Both the position numbers and the translations under genes were made by a program. A model generated the notes under the pieces. That model worked only from the letters and a program-made list of their open reading frames with translations. It was not told where the DNA came from and did no database searches. This document shows positions 23,081 to 31,839 of a stretch of DNA of 64,000 bases, one piece after another; position 1 is the stretch's first letter, and each line of letters opens with the position of its first letter. Origin of the DNA: an uncultured Clostridia bacterium (GTDB lineage Bacteria > Bacillota > Clostridia > Christensenellales > CAG-917); the NCBI GenBank assembly GCA_947589395.1, contig CANQAA010000001.1:449-64448 (forward strand), written 5' to 3'.

Positions 23081-24265
23081 TCAATGATGGAAAAGTCTCA
23101 TTCCCGTGAAGCACATCACCATGTCGTGCTTGTTTGCCGCTTCTATCACGAGGTCGTCTCTGAGCGATCCGCCCGGCTCTGCGACGAAGCTCACGCCGCT
23201 CGCCGCCGCCCTCTCGATGTTGTCCGAAAACGGGAAGAACGCGTCCGAGCCGAGCGACACGCCCGTTATGCTATTGAGATACTCTTCTTTTTCTTCCTTC
23301 GTGAAGGGTTCGGGGCGCACGGCAAAGTTCTTTTGCCAGACGTCGTCGCCCAAGACCTCGCTCGGATCGTCCGAGAGATAGAGGTCGATTATGTTGTTCT
23401 TTTCGGGACGGCCTACGCCGTCTGCAAATTGCAAATTCAGCACTTTATCATGCTGTCTCAGATGCCACAAGTCCGCTTTTTGCGCTGCGAGGCGGGTGCA
23501 ATGTATTCTCGACTGCTGCCCCGCGCCAACGCCTATCGCCTGTCCGTCCGTCGCAAAACACACGGAGTTGGACTGCGTATACTTGAGAGTTATGAGCGAG
23601 ATGATGAGGTCCGTCGCCTTGTCGTCGGGCAGGTTTTTATTGCTCGTGACGACGTTGTCAAGCAAGGCTCTGTCTATTTTGAAATTGTTTCTTCCCTGCT
23701 CGAAAGTCACTCCGAACACCTGCTTGCGCTCTATCTCCTGCGGGACGTAGGACGGATCTATCCTGACGATGTTGTAGCCGCCCTTGCGCTTGGTTTTGAG
23801 AAGCTCGAGCGCCTCTTTCGTATACGCGGGAGCGATGACGCCGTCGGAAACCTCTCTTGCGATTATCTTTGCCGTTGTCAGATCGCACTCGTCGGAGAGG
23901 GCGATCCAGTCCCCAAACGAAGACATTCTGTCCGTTCCTCTCGCGCGAGCGTACGCAAGCGCAAGCGGGGAGTCGTCAAGACCCTCTATGTCGTCCACAA
24001 AACAGCTCTTTTTCAGCCTGTCGGACATGGGCTTGCCAATCGCGGCTGAGGTGGGCGAAACGTGCTTGAAACTTGTCGCCGCCGTGAAGCCGGTGTTGTC
24101 CTTTATCTCCTTGACGAGCTGCCAGGAGTTGAAGGCGTCGAGAAAGTTGATGTATCCCGGTCTGCCGTTCAAAATTTCAACAGGCAAGTCGCCGCCGTCC
24201 GCCATAAAGATGCGCGCGGGTTTTTGGTTGGGATTGCACCCGTATTTCAAAGAAAATTCGTTCAT
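23081..24265 (-). CDS. purH: AICAR formyltransferase (transformylase-only PurH homolog, no MGS-type cyclohydrolase domain)
   Basis: LKYGCNPNQKPARIF start, 394-aa length and the C-terminal FTGMRLFHH ending are typical of stand-alone AICARFT. Confidence 0.88.
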   Translation of the reverse strand: MNEFSLKYGCNPNQKPARIFMADGGDLPVEILNGRPGYINFLDAFNSWQLVKEIKDNTGFTAATSFKHVSPTSAAIGKPMSDRLKKSCFVDDIEGLDDSPLALAYARARGTDRMSSFGDWIALSDECDLTTAKIIAREVSDGVIAPAYTKEALELLKTKRKGGYNIVRIDPSYVPQEIERKQVFGVTFEQGRNNFKIDRALLDNVVTSNKNLPDDKATDLIISLITLKYTQSNSVCFATDGQAIGVGAGQQSRIHCTRLAAQKADLWHLRQHDKVLNLQFADGVGRPEKNNIIDLYLSDDPSEVLGDDVWQKNFAVRPEPFTKEEKEEYLNSITGVSLGSDAFFPFSDNIERAAASGVSFVAEPGGSLRDDLVIEAANKHDMVMCFTGMRLFHH

Positions 24266-24295
24266 ATTCCACCTCTACATGATTTTTTGTCTCTT

Positions 24296-24540
24296 TTCGC
24301 GGATTTTTGTCGCATTTTGCGCTATCCGTCGAGCTCTGTCGATATATGTCGCCTTTTGCTCGCATTTTGCGGTTTCGCTCGACCTTTGTCGTTTTATGTC
24401 GAGCCTTGCCGCTTTCGCTCGAGCTTTGTATCTTTTTGTCGAACATTGTCGATGTTTGTCGACTTATGATCTCGCGGGTCTTGTCGCACTGTGTCGGTTT
24501 AGCTCGATTTATGTCGATTTGCGTCGATTTTTATCGTTTT
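24296..24540 (+). repeat. Degenerate 10-bp tandem array (about 24 units, consensus TTGTCGAnnT) between purO and the AICARFT gene
   Basis: TGTCG or near variants start at 24308, 24327, 24337, 24347, 24387, 24397, 24437, 24447 and 24457. The register then shifts to 24482, 24492, 24512 and 24522. An exact TGTCGAA lies at 24437-24443. Confidence 0.8.
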
Positions 24541-24558
24541 TGAAGCCTGTGTTGAGTT

Positions 24559-25305
24559 TTACTTCTCGTTTTTGTTGAAGAGCGCCCTCTCGCTTTCTCC
24601 GGTTTTAAGGTCGTACGCGACGCAATAAAGGGAGATCTTGTTGTTTTCATCCAGCGCGTTCCATATCTCGTTTGCAAAGGCGCGGACGTCGTTTGGAATG
24701 ATAACCCTCTCGGGTTCCCCCTCGAAGGAAGGAAGCGGATTTCCGTCCTTTTTGTATGTGTGGATAAAGTGCCCCACTCCGCTCACCGCCTCGAAGTCGA
24801 AGTAAAAGCGATTGCACTTCTTTCCCTTGCCGTCAGCACTCTTCAAAATGGACAGCTCGTAGGAGAACTTGTTGTCGCTCGCCCTCTTGCCAAAGTGCAA
24901 GATCGCGCTTATGCGAGGGGTAAAGTTGGGGGCGTCCGGCTCGAAGCAGCGCGTGTTGAGGGCATGACGGAAGCACTTGCCCGCCTTGAGGCTCTCCTCT
25001 ATAGTGTCCGTTTGATCTCCGTTTGTGACGATGACGTCCTTGCCTCCTTCAAACTCCACTTCCTTCACGGGGGAGTAGATGATGAGGGACGCGTCCTGCA
25101 CCTTGCTCTCGTCGAACGGAAGCGTTTTGAGTTGTCCGTTTTCAAATTCTCCAAACACTCTGTTGCGGCTGTTTTCGCTTCTTCCCATTATGAAATAAGC
25201 AAACACCGCCTTCTTGCCGTCGGAGGATTTTCCAACGACGATACCTCTTCCGGGATACGCGTTGTTTTGCAGCGCTCTTGCCATGCTCTTTCTGACGTAG
25301 CTCAT
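24559..25305 (-). CDS. purO: IMP cyclohydrolase, PurO (archaeal) type
   Basis: NAYPGRGIVVGKSSDGKKAVFAYFIMGRSENSRNRVF is the characteristic PurO-family N-terminus. Confidence 0.85.
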   Translation of the reverse strand: MSYVRKSMARALQNNAYPGRGIVVGKSSDGKKAVFAYFIMGRSENSRNRVFGEFENGQLKTLPFDESKVQDASLIIYSPVKEVEFEGGKDVIVTNGDQTDTIEESLKAGKCFRHALNTRCFEPDAPNFTPRISAILHFGKRASDNKFSYELSILKSADGKGKKCNRFYFDFEAVSGVGHFIHTYKKDGNPLPSFEGEPERVIIPNDVRAFANEIWNALDENNKISLYCVAYDLKTGESERALFNKNEK

Positions 25306-25416
25306 AAAAACCTCTCTTTTTTTTTGGATATAATATTTTTACAATTCTTCTTGCTCGTTTGAGCCGTTATTGCCCGTTACACTCTTCTGTTCGTCTCTTT
25401 GCGGCTTTCTTGCTCG

Positions 25417-26037
25417 TTACAACTCTTTTTGCTCGCGCCTTTGGGCGAGCTCTTTCGCGACCTTTTCCACAGACTCGGGCAAAATTTGCCACTCCGCCTC
25501 GCGCATGACCCGCTTTTGCAAGCTCTCGGGGGTGTCGTCGTCTCTCACCTCGACCGCTTTTTGCGCGATGATGGGGCCGCCGTCGCACTCCTCAGTGACA
25601 AAATGCACCGTCGCGCCCGTCACCTTCACTCCGCGAGCAAGCGCCGCCTCGTGCACATGAAGACCAAACATTCCCATGCCGCAAAAACTCGGAATGAGCG
25701 CAGGATGCACGTTGATTATGCGCCCCTTCCACTCGCTCACGAATCTCTCGCCAAGCACGCTCAAAAAGCCCGCGAGCACGACGAGCTCCACGCCCTCCGC
25801 CTTGAGAGTTTGCATCATTTTTTCTTCCCTCTCGGCTTTTGACATCTCGCGCCTGTCGAAAACGGCGGTCTTTATGCCTTTTTGCTTTGCCCTTTCAAGC
25901 GCGAACGCGCCACTATTATCGCTCACGACGATCTTTATCTCTCCGTGCTCGAGCTTGCCCGCCTTTTGAAAGTCGATGATCGCCTGCAAATTTGTGCCGC
26001 CGCCCGAACAGAGAACGGCTATCTTCGTTTTTGTCAT
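25417..26037 (-). CDS. purN: Phosphoribosylglycinamide formyltransferase
   Basis: IAVLCSGGGTNLQAII and INVHPALIPSFCG motifs. Confidence 0.93.
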   Translation of the reverse strand: MTKTKIAVLCSGGGTNLQAIIDFQKAGKLEHGEIKIVVSDNSGAFALERAKQKGIKTAVFDRREMSKAEREEKMMQTLKAEGVELVVLAGFLSVLGERFVSEWKGRIINVHPALIPSFCGMGMFGLHVHEAALARGVKVTGATVHFVTEECDGGPIIAQKAVEVRDDDTPESLQKRVMREAEWQILPESVEKVAKELAQRREQKEL

Positions 26038-26141
26038 GTTGACCTCATTTTTTATTTGCCGCTTTTGATTGCCCTTTGCAAAACGCGTGTTCTTGCAAAA
26101 TCGGCGGTTTATCTTCCGATTTTAGTTTGATAAAATGCTTT

Positions 26142-27176
26142 TTATGCCAAGATGACGCCTTCGCCATCGACTATCTCGCCGAGCAAATACGCATCTTCTC
26201 CTTCCGCTCTCAAAATTTCGATCGCGCGATCCAAGTCCTCTCTTTTTACGATCACGCTCATGCCAACGCCCATATTGAAGGTGTTGAACATGTCGTGCTC
26301 GCTTATCCCGCCGCGCTTTTGAATGAGCTTGAATATTTCGGGGATCTGCACGTCGCTCTTTTTGATCTTCACTCCCAATCCTTTCTTGATCGAGCGAGGC
26401 ATGTTTTCAAAAAATCCGCCGCCCGTGATGTGGGAAATTCCTCTCACTTCAACGCTCTCGAGCAATTTGAGCACGGGTTTGACGTAGATTTTCGTGGGTT
26501 CGAGCAGGGCCTCGCCGAGAGACCGTCCGCCGAGTTCCTCTACGGGAGCGAGCAAGTCGGCGTTTTCAACGTCGAAGACCTTTCTCACGAGCGAGTAGCC
26601 GTTTGAATGCACGCCGCTGCTCTTCAAAGCGATCATGACGTCGCCCGCCCGCATTTTGTTTTTGTCTATCACCTTGCTCTTGTCCACGATGCCGACGGTG
26701 AAGCCCGCAAGGTCGTAGTCGTCCTCCGCCATCGTGCCGGGATGTTCGGCCGTCTCGCCGCCGATAAGCGCGCAGCCCGCTCTCACGCAGCCTTCCGCCA
26801 CGCCGCCGACGATAGCCGCGATCTTTTCTGGCACGTTCTTGCCGCACGCGATATAGTCGAGGAAAAAGAGGGGTCTCGCCCCGCAACAGATGACATCGTT
26901 CACGCACATGGCGACGCAGTCGATGCCGATGGTGTCGTGCCTGTTCAAAAGTATCGCAAGGCGAAGTTTTGTGCCGACGCCGTCCGTTCCCGACACGAGC
27001 ACGGGATCTTTGATCCCGGCGAGGTCGAGCGCAAACAGTCCGCCGAAGTCGCCGACGTTCTCCGCGCCCTTTGGAAGGGTGCGCGCGATGTGCTTTTTCA
27101 TGAGCTCCACCGCCCTATATCCCGCCGTGATGTCCACGCCCGCCTGTTTGTAGCTTTCAGAGTAGCTGTCTTTCAT
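26142..27176 (-). CDS. purM: Phosphoribosylformylglycinamidine cyclo-ligase (AIR synthetase)
   Basis: SYKQAGVDITAG, DGVGTKL and GGETAEHPG motifs. Confidence 0.95.
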   Translation of the reverse strand: MKDSYSESYKQAGVDITAGYRAVELMKKHIARTLPKGAENVGDFGGLFALDLAGIKDPVLVSGTDGVGTKLRLAILLNRHDTIGIDCVAMCVNDVICCGARPLFFLDYIACGKNVPEKIAAIVGGVAEGCVRAGCALIGGETAEHPGTMAEDDYDLAGFTVGIVDKSKVIDKNKMRAGDVMIALKSSGVHSNGYSLVRKVFDVENADLLAPVEELGGRSLGEALLEPTKIYVKPVLKLLESVEVRGISHITGGGFFENMPRSIKKGLGVKIKKSDVQIPEIFKLIQKRGGISEHDMFNTFNMGVGMSVIVKREDLDRAIEILRAEGEDAYLLGEIVDGEGVILA

Positions 27177-27179
27177 GGT

Positions 27180-28625
27180 TCACTCCTTGAATTTCGGATT
27201 TTCGCTGATGGGTCTGTCCCATCTCTCAAAGCGGGACTTTTTGCCGACGGCGGGAGTTTCGGTCGGATACTGCCCGTCAAAGCACGCCTTGCAAAGGCCC
27301 GTGCCGTCCCCGCCTGTCAAGAATGCCACTTTGTCGAGGTCGAGATAACCTACGGAGTCCGCGCCGATTATCTCGGCGATCTCTTCCGTCGAATGATGAC
27401 ACGCAATGAGGTTTTCTCTTGAATCGATGTCCGTCCCGTAGTAGCACGGGTTCAAAAACTTGGGCGCAGACGAGAGCATGTGCACCTCAGTCGCTCCCGC
27501 GTCGCGAAGCAGGGTGACGATCCTTCTGCTCGTCGTGCCCCTCACGATGCTGTCGTCGACGAGAATGACGCGCTTGCCCCTTATCGCCGAGCCGAGCACG
27601 TTGAGCTTGATGCGCACGAGGTCCTCCCTCGCCTCCTGACCGGGCGCGATGAACGTCCTGCCGATATATTTGTTTTTGATGAAGCCTATCCCATACGGTA
27701 TGCCCGATTCGAGCGCGTAGCCGTAGGCGGCGTCAAGTCCGGAGTCCGGCACGCCGACGACGATGTCCGCGTCTATCTTGAACTGCTTCGCCAAAAATCT
27801 GCCCGCCTGCTTTCTCGCCTCGTGCACGGAGTGTCCCTCGATGACGGAGTCCGGCCTTGCGACGTACAAAAACTCGAACACGCAAAGCGCCTTTTCCCCT
27901 CCGCAATGTGAACGGTCGGATGTCACGCCGTTTTTGGTGAACACGAGCATTTCGCCGGGCTCGATCTCCCTTATGGGCGTAAATCCGATTGAGTCGAGAG
28001 CGCAAGTTTCTGAGGCAACGGCGTACGCGCCGTCGTCCCTCACGCCGTAGCAAAGCGGTCTGAAACCGTGCGGGTCGCGAAGCGCGATGAGCTTCGAGGG
28101 CGACATGACCACGAGCGAAAACGCGCCCTTCATCCTGTCCACCGCCCTCAGCACCGCAGCCTCGATAGAGCCGCTCGTCAATCTCTCTTTGGTGATGATA
28201 TACGAGATGACTTCCGTGTCCGACGTGGTGTGAAAGATCGCGCCCGTGTTTTCAAGCTCGCATCTCAGCTCATACGAGTTGACCAGGTTGCCGTTGTGCG
28301 CGAGCGCCATATTTCCCTTCAGATGATTGACGACGATGGGCTGAGCGTTTTCTCTTCCGCCCCCGCCCGTCGTCGAATATCTGACGTGGCCTATCGCCAT
28401 ATTTCCCTCGCCAAGCCTTTCGAGCACGTCCTCCGAGAAGATGTCGTTGACGAGTCCCTCGTCCTTGAACGCGCTGAAAACGCCGTCGTTGTTGACGACG
28501 ATCCCCGCCGATTCCTGCCCCCTGTGCTGCAACGCAAACAGCGCGTAGTAGGCGGTGTGCGCGACGTTTTGCTTTGTCGGCGCAAAGATGCCGAACACGC
28601 CGCATTCCTCATGGATATTTGACAT
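27180..28625 (-). CDS. purF: Amidophosphoribosyltransferase
   Basis: ECGVFGIF N-terminal nucleophile, HRGQESAGIV and the PRT motif VILVDDSIVRGTT. Confidence 0.95.
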   Translation of the reverse strand: MSNIHEECGVFGIFAPTKQNVAHTAYYALFALQHRGQESAGIVVNNDGVFSAFKDEGLVNDIFSEDVLERLGEGNMAIGHVRYSTTGGGGRENAQPIVVNHLKGNMALAHNGNLVNSYELRCELENTGAIFHTTSDTEVISYIITKERLTSGSIEAAVLRAVDRMKGAFSLVVMSPSKLIALRDPHGFRPLCYGVRDDGAYAVASETCALDSIGFTPIREIEPGEMLVFTKNGVTSDRSHCGGEKALCVFEFLYVARPDSVIEGHSVHEARKQAGRFLAKQFKIDADIVVGVPDSGLDAAYGYALESGIPYGIGFIKNKYIGRTFIAPGQEAREDLVRIKLNVLGSAIRGKRVILVDDSIVRGTTSRRIVTLLRDAGATEVHMLSSAPKFLNPCYYGTDIDSRENLIACHHSTEEIAEIIGADSVGYLDLDKVAFLTGGDGTGLCKACFDGQYPTETPAVGKKSRFERWDRPISENPKFKE

Positions 28626-28706
28626 ACAAATCTCCTATAATATTATCTTTGTCAACAAAACTTGCGCTTTATCTATCGTTTTTGATTTGCTAAAGCGCCT
28701 GTTTTG

Positions 28707-29414
28707 TCATTTTGAGGTGACTCTTCTGAAGATCTCGCGGTAGGCGTCCTCAACGCCGCCCAAGTCCCTTCTGAAGCGATCCTTGTCCAGCTTCTCGCCC
28801 GTCTTTGCGTCCCAATAGCGGCAGGTGTCGGGGGAAATTTCGTCCGCGAGCACGATCTTGCCGTCAAATCTTCCGAACTCCAATTTGAAGTCGATGAGGC
28901 GCACTCCCAGCTCGAGGAAATACTCCTTCAAAACTTCGTTGACCTTGAAAGCATATCTCTTGATGGTCTCGATCTCTTCCTTTGTCGCGAGCTTGAGCGC
29001 TAAGGCGTGATACTCGTTGATGAGCGGGTCGCCGAGCTCGTCGCACTTGTAGGAAAACTCGATGGTGGGCTCGTCGAAAATTATGCCCTCTTCAACGCCG
29101 TATCTCTTTGCAAAGCTGCCCGCAGAAACGTTGCGGATGATGACCTCGAGCGGCACGATCTTGACTTTTTTGACGAGCGTGTCCCTGTCGGATAGCTCCT
29201 TCACGAAATGCGTGGGAACTCCGCTCTTTTCAAGCAATTGCATGAGCATGTTGGTCATGCGGTTGTTGACGACGCCTTTGCCCTCTATCGTGCCCTTTTT
29301 GAGCCCGTTGAACGCGGTCGCGTCGTCCTTGTAAGACACGATGCAAAAGTTGGGGTCGTCGGTTGCGAAAACCTTTTTTGCTTTGCCCTCATAAAGTTGT
29401 TCTTTCTTTTCCAT
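28707..29414 (-). CDS. purC: Phosphoribosylaminoimidazole-succinocarboxamide synthase
   Basis: [10 protein letters not shown]...[14 protein letters not shown]. Confidence 0.95.
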   Translation of the reverse strand: MEKKEQLYEGKAKKVFATDDPNFCIVSYKDDATAFNGLKKGTIEGKGVVNNRMTNMLMQLLEKSGVPTHFVKELSDRDTLVKKVKIVPLEVIIRNVSAGSFAKRYGVEEGIIFDEPTIEFSYKCDELGDPLINEYHALALKLATKEEIETIKRYAFKVNEVLKEYFLELGVRLIDFKLEFGRFDGKIVLADEISPDTCRYWDAKTGEKLDKDRFRRDLGGVEDAYREIFRRVTSK

Positions 29415-29430
29415 AATATCTCCTCTCGGC

Positions 29431-29925
29431 TTATGCGCCGAATTTTTTGCTCACTTCCTCGTCCTTTTTGAGGACGTCGCGCCTTGCGTCTTCCCTTGCT
29501 TTGAGAAGCCTTTGATACAGCTTTTCGTCGTCGAGCGCGATGATCTGCGCCGCAAGATACGCCGCGTTTTTTGCCCCGTCGATCGCAACGGTCGCAACGG
29601 GAATGCCCGAAGGCATCATAACTGTTGAAAGCAGCGCGTCCATGCCGTCAAGAGAGGCGGATCTCACGGGGATCCCGATGACGGGAAGCGCCGTGTTTGC
29701 GGCAAGCGCTCCCGCAAGGTGCGCCGCCATGCCCGCCGCCGCGATTATCACGCCAAAGCCGTTGGCTCTCGCGTTTTTTGCAAACTCTCTTGCCTCTTCG
29801 GGGGTGCGATGCGCAGAAAAAACGTGCGCCTCAAACGGCACTCCAAGCTCTTCAAGCACAGCCGCCGCCTTTTCGACGACGGGAAGGTCGGACGCGCTCC
29901 CCATGATCAATCCTACTTTTTTCAT
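29431..29925 (-). CDS. purE: 5-(carboxyamino)imidazole ribonucleotide mutase
   Basis: [29 protein letters not shown]. Confidence 0.95.
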   Translation of the reverse strand: MKKVGLIMGSASDLPVVEKAAAVLEELGVPFEAHVFSAHRTPEEAREFAKNARANGFGVIIAAAGMAAHLAGALAANTALPVIGIPVRSASLDGMDALLSTVMMPSGIPVATVAIDGAKNAAYLAAQIIALDDEKLYQRLLKAREDARRDVLKKDEEVSKKFGA

Positions 29926-30075
29926 ATTCCTCCAAAATTAAAGAGCAGTTTTCCCGCGTGCAAAAACTGCTCTTTATCTCGTTATATTTTCAACTCCTCT
30001 TCTTTTCTCCTTACGGAGAAACCCATGCAAGTCTGTCATGCCTATAATATAATATAAACGAAAAACATAAGTCAA
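29926..30075 (-). promoter_or_regulatory. pur operon promoter plus about 110-nt leader with a terminator-like hairpin abutting the purE RBS
   Basis: TTGACT (30070-30075) with a TATATT/TTATAT -10. Hairpin TTTCTCC-GTAA-GGAGAAA. A 12-bp perfect stem AAGAGCAGTTTT/AAAACTGCTCTT (29941-29974) is followed by TAATTTTGGAGG. Confidence 0.45.
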
Positions 30076-30241
30076 GCATTTGACATCCCTTGCGCGGGTA
30101 AATTTTATTTTTCTTCGCCTCTCTCCCTGCCCCTCGCAAAATGCGGGACTGCGGGCTTTGCCTATCGAATCTCAGCCCTTTATCCCCGCAAAATCACACC
30201 ATTTATCAACCGCCTCGCTCTGCTCTTTTCAACAGCTTCGC

Positions 30242-30427
30242 TCAGTCCTTTATCAACGTCGCAAGCCAATTGCCCTCGCCGATCTTGCGATTGAACTTGT
30301 CGTAGGTGCAGCGGCCGTCGAAGTAGCCGAGCCTCGCTCCGTACTTGTCGTAGACGGTCTGCCTTGCGCCCTCGTCCCTTATCTCGCCCAACTTTCTTCC
30401 ATACTTGTCTTTCAACACCTGAACCAT
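30242..30427 (-). CDS. Small hypothetical protein with three internal (Y/K)DK(Y/F)GxxLG repeats
   Basis: 61 aa containing KDKYGRKLGEI, YDKYGARLGYF and YDKFNRKIGEG. Preceded by GAGGAGG. Confidence 0.5.
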   Translation of the reverse strand: MVQVLKDKYGRKLGEIRDEGARQTVYDKYGARLGYFDGRCTYDKFNRKIGEGNWLATLIKD

Positions 30428-30591
30428 GCTTTCCTCCTCAAATTTGCATTATGTATTGTGTTTTTGACTCAACCTATCATATATAAACGGCAGACGCTCG
30501 TCGATCGTCCACCCACTCTATCTCCCGCTCGACCTTCCAAAAAGTCTTGCCGTCAAAAAGAGGCGCTCCTCATAAACCCCTGCTAAGCTAA

Positions 30592-30873
30592 CTATCCGAA
30601 TAGCACTTCTATGTCGTTTTCCGCTTCATATATCGTTTTGCCATTGAAAATCTTTGCCTCTTCAAAAGCGGTGACGCATTCGCGCCTATCTTTGGAAGTA
30701 TGTGCAAACAGCGTTTTGGAATCTTCCTCTATTGTGCAAACTTGCAAAGTATACAATTTGCCCGTTTCATCGCTAAAACCGGATATGATATACCTCCCGC
30801 CACCGCAAACAATTTCCTTTTCGGGATTGTAGTATAAGTCGCTTATAAATTCATTCAGAGTATTTCCTTTCAT
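30592..30873 (-). CDS. Small acidic hypothetical protein (last gene of the AT-rich islet)
   Basis: 93-aa ORF lying 24 nt after the preceding gene, on the same strand, in AT-rich DNA. Confidence 0.55.
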   Translation of the reverse strand: MKGNTLNEFISDLYYNPEKEIVCGGGRYIISGFSDETGKLYTLQVCTIEEDSKTLFAHTSKDRRECVTAFEEAKIFNGKTIYEAENDIEVLFG

Positions 30874-30897
30874 GGCATTCCACTCCTTTGAAATATT

Positions 30898-31461
30898 TTA
30901 TACTTTTCGTATAGTCCTTTCTGTCGACACGTCAAATTCCCCGTCATTATTCCAAAGGCTCAAATCTGAAAACAGTGGACAAACATCATCAATGCTTTTG
31001 TCGACATTCACATATATAACTTCGTCAAACCATACATGGCTCTTTGAAAATATAAACGAATGGTTTTCCGTCCTGACTATCAACGCCATGTCAATAACGA
31101 TATCTATGCCCTGTTCAGCACATTTGATCGTATCGGATACAATCTCAACGCTCGCTACAAGCTCGTCTACGTCATACATTTTTACGCCTGCGCCTTCCAA
31201 ACCGGGCATAAACGGATGGGCTGTATCGCTTATGCTACATGAAAATTTTGCCGCTTCCTCATATGGAACGTCCTCATTTTCAAACATAGCGATCTCTTCT
31301 TCCCCGTTTTTAAGCAATATGGACGTGCCGTCAAAATTGAGACGAGCCACACAATAAGACTGCCCTTCCATAGAATCGTCAGTTTCCACCGACAAAAACC
31401 GTTTGCCTACAATGCCTTTGAACATTTCTATCATATTTTCATCAAATTGCCATATAGTCAT
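30898..31461 (-). CDS. Acidic hypothetical protein (candidate cognate immunity/antidote)
   Basis: 187-aa D/E-rich ORF. Its ATG overlaps the stop of the upstream basic protein (ATGA). Confidence 0.6.
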   Translation of the reverse strand: MTIWQFDENMIEMFKGIVGKRFLSVETDDSMEGQSYCVARLNFDGTSILLKNGEEEIAMFENEDVPYEEAAKFSCSISDTAHPFMPGLEGAGVKMYDVDELVASVEIVSDTIKCAEQGIDIVIDMALIVRTENHSFIFSKSHVWFDEVIYVNVDKSIDDVCPLFSDLSLWNNDGEFDVSTERTIRKV

Positions 31462-31838
31462 TTTCTTTCCTCCTCAAAATGAATTTTTTGTGGCTTAATC
31501 TTGCCAGATTTAATAATTCGAATCTCAACCGCAGGACTTCCGGATTTAGAATATAAACGAAAGACCACTCTTGATCCGTCAGAAAAAATGGTTTGTTTCC
31601 CACGCCCATTAGCTAATTGTTCTTCATGTCCGCCTTTACTTATCTGCTTATAAAAGTGCTTTGCAGTTTCTATTGGTGTTGTACTACATATCACTCTGAT
31701 TCCACTATTCTTACCAGGTTGTCCAAAATATCCTTTTTGTGTTATAGGATACTTTTTTGACATTCTGTTTGCATTAGCGTCAATTCTACTTATACTACCT
31801 TTTGTGCCATAAAAATGGCCGCTATTTCCTGCTCCCAT
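31458..31838 (-). CDS. Small basic protein resembling a stand-alone polymorphic-toxin C-terminal module
   Basis: 126 aa, K/R-rich. N-terminal GNSGHFYGTKGS junction-like motif. C-terminal FRLYSKSGSPAVEIRI...KIHF pattern recalled from toxin C-terminal domains. Family not verified. Confidence 0.5.
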   Translation of the reverse strand: MGAGNSGHFYGTKGSISRIDANANRMSKKYPITQKGYFGQPGKNSGIRVICSTTPIETAKHFYKQISKGGHEEQLANGRGKQTIFSDGSRVVFRLYSKSGSPAVEIRIIKSGKIKPQKIHFEEERK

Positions 31839-31839
31839 A

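Noticed and set aside
24307-24543. 78-aa and 135-aa ORFs within the purO-purH spacer.
   Set aside because: The sequence is a 10-bp tandem repeat. The peptides are periodic Cys/Arg/Phe/Leu artefacts with no RBS.
29981-30060. Guanine/adenine riboswitch in front of purE, suggested by a TATAAT-rich P1-like helix and a GGGTTTCTCC segment.
   Set aside because: The P2/L2 (GATATGG) and P3/L3 (CCGTAAA) elements cannot be formed. The putative P1 5' strand also falls inside the promoter spacer and so would not be transcribed.
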